Positions 57,437 to 64,000 of a stretch of DNA of 64,000 nucleotides are shown piece by piece (the first letter of the stretch is position 1; each line of letters begins with the position of its first letter). The notes beneath the pieces were generated by a model. It searched no databases, was not told where the DNA came from, and saw only the letters and a list, made by a program, of their open reading frames with translations. Made by a program: the position numbers and the translations under genes. The DNA is from an uncultured delta proteobacterium (GTDB taxonomy: Bacteria > Myxococcota_A > Polyangia > Polyangiales > Polyangiaceae): the NCBI GenBank assembly GCA_963716725.1, contig CAVQUB010000027.1, positions 64,001-128,000 on the forward strand, written 5' to 3'.

Positions 57437-59506
57437 ATGTTGCTTCATAGCCTTGGTGTCGCGCTGTTGTCGGTGGCCGCGGTGGGGTCGGTGCCGTCGC
57501 ATCCCCCCGGCACGTCGATTCGCCAGCCGCTGCGCTCGAAGCCGGTGGCTCTCTACTCGGCACACCAGATGGAAGCGTACCTCTCCGCTGAGGACGTCGC
57601 CTACATCCGGCCCGGGTACAACATCACGCTGGTGAGCTTCCAGATCCCGGCCGACCGCCGTCCGGTGGCCGAGGTCAAGTTCACCGACGACCTGAACCAG
57701 CCGCTCGATCGGCTGGGCCAGGCCACGCCGGGCGCGGTTTCCGCGTCGTTCATCCTCTCCTGGTACGACGCCGCCAACCGCGACTACGTCGCCTACACAA
57801 AGCGGACGCAGACCAGCCCGATCACGGGGCAGGCGGCCGTACAGGCGTCGGCGGACTCGGGCGGCCAGTGGACCGAGGTCACGCTCGGCACCTACCGCTA
57901 CCGCTTCGGCACCACACTGCCGGCCGGGTTCGATCAGACCAAGACCCACACGCTGGGCATCTACGGCTCGCGCAACGTCAGCGACGATCATCGGGAAGAG
58001 CTACTACGGAACCTCCTGTACGACTTCCGTCCCGACGGCGGTGCCGTGACCGCGAAGTGGGACGCCGTCGCCACGGCGACGTGCAACTGCCTGTCACGAC
58101 CCGCTCGCCCTCCACGGCGGCTCGCGCCGCGAGGTCAAGCTCTGCGTGCTGTGCCACAACAAGACGCAGTCGACCGACCCGGACACCGGCAACACGGTCG
58201 AGATGCGCTCGATGATCCACAAGATCCACAACGGTCCGAACCTGAGCCAACGGCTACACGATCATCGGCTTCGGCAGACGCCGTCCACGACTACTCCCAC
58301 GTCACCTACCCGCAGGACGTCCGCAACTGCGCGACCTGCCACGAGGCGACAACCTCGCCCGAGGGCACATCTGGTACACCAACCCGTCCCGCGTGGCCTG
58401 CGGCTCCTGCCACGACGACATCAACTGGGACCACCGGCGAGAACCACGTCGCCGGACCGTTGTTCGACGACCACGCACTGCGCCAGCTGCCACCAGCCCG
58501 AGGGCGAGAGCGAGTTCGACGTCTCGATCAAGGGCGCCCACACCATCCCGACCAAGTCCGACGCAGCTCAAGGGCCTCAACGATCGAGATCATGAGCGTG
58601 ACCAACACCGCGCCGGGAGCAGAAGCCGACGGTGACTGTTCAAGCTCACGAACACGCGACGGCATGGTCGTCGCGCCGTCGTCGCTCAACAGCTTCCGAA
58701 CTTCCTGTCTCGGCGGCCCGACCATCGACTACACCAGCTATTTCCGCGAGGACTGCCAGGACGCTCTCGACGTGGCCAGTGGCGGCACCTGCGACGCTAC
58801 ACCTTCACCGACGCCATTCCCGGCCGGTGCGACCGGCACCTGGACGCTCGTCCGCGGACGTACTACCGCAACGTCACGCTCACACCACGCGGACGCCGAG
58901 CGCGGCGATCCGCGAGGCCGGCGCTACAACCCGATCTTCAACGTCCTCGTCACCGACGCTCCAGGCGATGTCCCGCCGCGCACGGTGGTCGATCCCCGAC
59001 AAGTGCAACGAGTGCCACGACGTCGCTCGCCTTGCACGGCGGCCAGCGCTCCGAGGTCGAGGAGTGCGTCATCTGCCACAACCCGAACGCGACCGACGCG
59101 TCCGCCGTCCGCGGCCAGAGCCGGCCGAGACGGTCCACTTCAAGTGGATGATCCACCGGATCCACACCGGCGAGGAGCTCACCCGCGACTACACGATCTA
59201 CGGCTTCGGCGGCACGCCCACAACTACAACGAGGTGCTCTACCCCGGCGACCGCCGCAACTGCGAGACGTGCCACGTGGCCGGCAGCTACGGACCTGCCG
59301 TTGCCCGACGGGCCGCTGCCGACGCAGACGCCGCGCGACTTCGTGCCCGCAGTGGAGCCCGCGTGCGGCCGCCTGCCTCGTCGTGCCACGACAGCCTCGA
59401 CGCCGCCGCCCACGCCTACGTCAACACCGCGCCGTTCGGCGAGGCCTGCGCCTCCTGCCACGGCGACGAACGCGATGGTCGCGTCGACAAGGTTCACGCC
59501 CGCTAA
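57437..59506 (+). CDS. OmcA/MtrC-family decaheme c-type cytochrome (frameshifted)
   Basis: Signal-like N-terminus, heme-free beta domain, 5 CxxCH (58080-58495), second beta domain, 5 CxxCH (59000-59465); MIHKIH/MIHRIH and [16 protein letters not shown] motifs. Two motifs contain an apparent indel. Confidence 0.85.
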   Translation: MLLHSLGVALLSVAAVGSVPSHPPGTSIRQPLRSKPVALYSAHQMEAYLSAEDVAYIRPGYNITLVSFQIPADRRPVAEVKFTDDLNQPLDRLGQATPGAVSASFILSWYDAANRDYVAYTKRTQTSPITGQAAVQASADSGGQWTEVTLGTYRYRFGTTLPAGFDQTKTHTLGIYGSRNVSDDHREELLRNLLYDFRPDGGAVTAKWDAVATATCNCLSRPARPPRRLAPRGQALRAVPQQDAVDRPGHRQHGRDALDDPQDPQRSEPEPTATRSSASADAVHDYSHVTYPQDVRNCATCHEATTSPEGTSGTPTRPAWPAAPATTTSTGTTGENHVAGPLFDDHALRQLPPARGRERVRRLDQGRPHHPDQVRRSSRASTIEIMSVTNTAPGAEADGDCSSSRTRDGMVVAPSSLNSFRTSCLGGPTIDYTSYFREDCQDALDVASGGTCDATPSPTPFPAGATGTWTLVRGRTTATSRSHHADAERGDPRGRRYNPIFNVLVTDAPGDVPPRTVVDPRQVQRVPRRRSPCTAASAPRSRSASSATTRTRPTRPPSAARAGRDGPLQVDDPPDPHRRGAHPRLHDLRLRRHAHNYNEVLYPGDRRNCETCHVAGSYGPAVARRAAADADAARLRARSGARVRPPASSCHDSLDAAAHAYVNTAPFGEACASCHGDERDGRVDKVHAR

Positions 59507-59575
59507 GTACGAGGACGACCGCCGGGCGGGCCGACCCGGGCCTCCCGGCTGGCCCGCCCCGCCCGGGAAAGGTGG

Positions 59576-60502
59576 ATGGATGAAACGATCGCACTGCGCG
59601 GTAGCCGCCCTGCGTTCATCCTGGTCTCCTCGGCCGGTGGCGTGACTCGCCGACGGCGACGAGCCAGCGAGGACGCTACCCTGCTGCGGAGTGCCACGAC
59701 ACGGTGGCGGCCGTTCCCGGCGAACCCCCACGCGCGCGCGCTGGCGCGGGACGGCGCCGGCCGACGCGGTGTGCGCGTCGCTGCCACGCCGACGGCAAGG
59801 CGCACATCGAGGCGGGCGGCGACGCCGTCGCTGATCAAGAGGCCGGCACGGCGCCGACGGTGCGGCCGACCTGCCTCTCCTGCCACGACGGCCGCGAGTC
59901 ACAACGACATCCAGCCGGACGGGGTCCACGCGCATCGCGAGGCGTGAACTGCGACTCACCTGCCACGCGATCCACGCGCGCCAAGCCGCCGGAGCCGCCT
60001 GCTGCGAAGCGCCAGGCAGCGAGCTGTGCGTCGTCCTGCCACCCGGACGTCCGCGGCCTCGTTCCGGCAAGCCGTACACCCACCGCATGCACTCGAGCGG
60101 GACGGCGGCGGCAGGCCGGGATGCAGTGCTCCTCCTGCCACAACCCGCACGGGCGACGGGCGAGGGCGCGCTCAAGCTAGACCGCGGCCGGGCGAGAGCG
60201 CCGTGCCTGACCTGCCACACCGACAAGCGCGGACCGTACGTCTTCAGCACGGCGGCCCGAGTCGCCGGCAGCCTGCCAGTCGTGCCACGAGCCGCACGGC
60301 TCGAACAACCCCGAAGCATGCTGACCCGCTCGCGGGTCGTCGCAGCTCTGCCTCGAGTGCCACTCCACGCATCGCCGGCGGGCACCCTGGGCTCGCAGCC
60401 GCCGTCGATCCACGACCTGCGCTAGCCCGCGCTACGCAGAACTGCACGACGTGCCACGTGGCGGTCCACGGGTCCAACGTGTCGCCGCGGCTGCTGCGAT
60501 AG
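59576..60502 (+). CDS. DmsE/MtrA-family periplasmic decaheme cytochrome (heavily frameshifted)
   Basis: About 10 CxxCH read across frames (CAECH, CLSCH, CSSCHNPHG, CLTCH..KRGPYVF, CQSCHEPHGS, CLECH, CTTCHVAVHGSN). Confidence 0.82.
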
Positions 60503-60511
60503 GAGGCCGAG

Positions 60512-62451
60512 ATGAAAAGACGCGCATCCTCATCGCTCTCCTCCTCGTGGCCGCGGTGGCGTTCGTCCCTGCGGTGCCGGCACAGACGTCGCAGTTCGAC
60601 CTCGGCATCGGCTACCAGTCGCTCGACGTCAGCGGCAACGAAGACGTCTTCCGTACCCAGGTCAAGGAGAAGGACGGCTTCCTGCTCGACTTCCTGAGCT
60701 CCTACTGGTCGAGCCCGAGGGCGGCCTCTTCGATCGCCTGCCGCTCGACGCGGCCGGCATCGGCGCCAGCCCCGACACCCGGTTCCGCGTCGAGGCGAGC
60801 CGCCGGGCGCGTACAAGCTGCGCGTCAGCTACTCCCGCGCCGACGTCTTCTCGGCGCTGCCCGCCCATGCCAACCCGTTCCTGGCGAGCGGGCGTCATCC
60901 CCGGCCAGCACACCTTCGACCGCCGCCGCGACTCTTCGACGTCGACCTCGAGCTGCTCCCGGGCGCCACCGTCTCGCCGCTCGTCGGCTTCTCGCGACAG
61001 CGCTACTCGGGCCCCGGCACGACGACCTACCACCTCGGCCAGGACGAGTTCGGCCTCGCACTCGATCTCGACGAGACGGTCGACGAGTACCGCGTCGGCC
61101 TCGCGTTCACGCTCGGCGACTGGCGCGCCACGGTGCTGCAGGGGTGGCGGAGCAGCGACTCGAGCTACGACTACACTCTCGAGCAGGCGCCTCGGGCGGC
61201 AACAACTCCCGCCCCGTCCTCGGCCGCGACATCTCCGCCAGCCTGCTCGCCGGTCACAGCCGCACGATCGCGAGCGCGCCGTTCACCAACGCCTTCGTCA
61301 CCGGACGCCTCGGCACCCGGCTGCGCATCGTCGGCTCGTACGCCCGCGCCGACGGCGTCGACTCCGAGACCGACGAGACGTTCACCGCGCGCGGCCAGTT
61401 CGCGTCGTTCGCTCTCCAGCGCTTCTTCCAGGGAGCGATGGACACCGCCTACGGCGATGCCGAGAGCAACGGCTGGCGCGGCAACGCCCGCGTCGAGGTC
61501 GAGGTGACGTCGTGGCTCGATGTCATCGTCGGCTTCTCCTCCGCCACCGTGCGCTCACGGGCAGCGCGCTGGTCTATACCAACTACCTCGGATACCGTGA
61601 ATTTCTCCAACGCCGACCCGGCGACGGTGGCGGCGCTTCTCGCCGCCGACACCGCCTGGGAGCGCGACGAGGACTTCGCCGAGGGCAAGGTGGTGGTGCG
61701 GCCCGTGAAGTGGCTGCGCCTCTGGGCCGGCGGCGGCTCGCTCGACCAGGAGGTCACGATCACCCCGGCAGCCGCCGAGATCGTGGTGCCGGGCGGCCAG
61801 GGCGGCTCCTACGGTCGCAGCATCGAGCGCCTCTCGGCCGGCGCCGATCTCGACCTCGGCCCGGTCACGCTCGGCGTCGACTGGCTCGAGGACGACGCCA
61901 ACCGGGCGCTGGTCCGCACCGATTACCTCGACCGCGAGCGCCTGCGCGCCCGCGCCGGCGTCAAGCTCGGGTCCCTGGTGCGCTTCCTTGGCACCGCCGA
62001 GTGGATCGACCTCGCCAACCCGACCCCCGGGATCCAGTACGACGCCGAGATCGAGCACCTCGCGGCCAGCGTCGAGGTGACACCGGTGGAGGCGTTCACG
62101 CTGCACGCCGGTTACGACATCTACTCCTCCGACTCGACCGTGATCTTCCGCACGCCGCAGGATTTCTCCACCGGTCCCTCGATCTACGCCGAGGACGGCG
62201 AGAGCATCGACGGCGGCGTCTCCCTCAAGCTCGGCCGCTTCAAGATCGACGCCGGCGCGAGCCGCTACAGTAACGAGGGCGACATGCCGTTCGACCTCGA
62301 CCGCACCTACGCCCGCTTCGACGTCCAGATCACCGACGCCATCGGCGTCTACGGCCAGTACGAGTCGCGCGACTACGACGAGACCTTGCTGCCGATCGCT
62401 GATTACTCGGCCGACCGCTACGGGCTGTTCCTTCGCTGGTCGAGCAAGTAG
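60512..62451 (+). CDS. Outer-membrane beta-barrel, MtrB/PioB-position porin (5' half frameshifted)
   Basis: GGAGG RBS, signal peptide, long run of amphipathic strands ending YGLFLRWSSK; follows the MtrA-like gene. Confidence 0.75.
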
Positions 62452-62472
62452 GCTCGCTCAGTTCATCTCCTT

Positions 62473-62501
62473 GCGGCCCCTCGCGGGGCCGCTTTTGTTT
62501 T
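62473..62501 (+). terminator. Rho-independent terminator closing the cytochrome-porin operon
   Basis: GCGGCCCC-TCGC-GGGGCCGC followed by TTTTGTTTT. Confidence 0.85.
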
Positions 62502-62599
62502 CATGGAGTTGGCGGTGTCGCTCGGCTCGCGGCAAGGGCCTCCTCAGGTCGCGGAAACCGGGGCTGGAATAATTACTGATATTTGATACTATAAATGTC

Positions 62600-62986
62600 G
62601 TGAATACGACCGACGCCTACCGGATCGAGGCGCTGCTGGAGATCGCGGCGGCCTACCCTGAGCCGCTCACCGCCGCCGAGATCGCCCGCCGCCGCTGCAT
62701 CCCGGCGCCGTTCCTCGGCCGGCTGGTGGCGGCCACCGCCCGCACCGGAGTCCTCGCCACGACCAGGGGCCCGCGCGGCGGCGTGCGCCTCGTACGGCCG
62801 CCCGAGCTGGTGACGCTCGCGGAGGGGGCGCCGGTGCCGCCCGCCCACCGAGCCGGCGGCGCCGCGGTGGCCTGGCTCGAGAGCGCGCTCGCCGGCGCTC
62901 GGCTGGCCGTGCTCGAGCGGACGACGCTGGCCGACCTGCTCGCGATCGAGCGCCGCGACAAGAGCAACGACGACTGGACCATCTAG
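62600..62986 (+). CDS. Rrf2 family transcriptional regulator (CymR-like)
   Basis: [13 protein letters not shown]...[27 protein letters not shown]-rich upstream segment; precedes cysK. Confidence 0.85.
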   Translation: MNTTDAYRIEALLEIAAAYPEPLTAAEIARRRCIPAPFLGRLVAATARTGVLATTRGPRGGVRLVRPPELVTLAEGAPVPPAHRAGGAAVAWLESALAGARLAVLERTTLADLLAIERRDKSNDDWTI

Positions 62987-62994
62987 GAGGCATC

Positions 62995-63936
<942 letters not shown>

Positions 63937-64000
63937 GCGGCGAGGGGCGTGGCGGCTCGCGAGGCGTAGGGCAGGGTGCCCCGCAGGCGCTGGCATCGAC

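Overview
High-GC bacterial sequence that appears to consist of two unrelated parts joined near 43.28 kb. Left part (1 to ~43.27 kb) looks myxobacterial, probably Polyangiales-like, judged from the MYXO-CTERM protein, Gly- and Cys-rich lipoproteins and a Ser/Thr kinase. It carries a complete Na+-type N-ATPase operon (atpDCQRBEFAG), a 45-aa/8-Cys tandem-repeat lipoprotein, and an ElbD-like ether-lipid multienzyme (reductase, acyl-CoA synthetase, ACP, acyltransferase, plus an extra SCP2-like domain) with a coupled epimerase. A HAD plus LarA-domain pair lies ~7 kb away. It also has DUF1800/DUF1501, RNase D, a deoxyhypusine-synthase-family enzyme, FadL, a lipoprotein protein-arginine deiminase with a somatomedin-B-like domain, an LMW-PTP/fructosamine-kinase pair and an S46 peptidase. 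Right part (~43.28 to 64 kb) is indel-rich, probably low-coverage long-read sequence, and looks acidobacterial. It carries a citryl-CoA-synthetase/lyase-like trio whose beta subunit has a C-terminal ferredoxin domain, followed by an isocitrate/isopropylmalate-family dehydrogenase. It also has GntR-SPFH, two DMT transporters, udk, hfq, PSP1, purE, purD, pta, an MtrC-MtrA-MtrB-like porin-cytochrome conduit (10+10 heme motifs) and a CymR-like Rrf2 gene with cysK. I recognised no rRNA, tRNA, CRISPR array or transposase. All family assignments come from motif recognition by eye, not from database searches.
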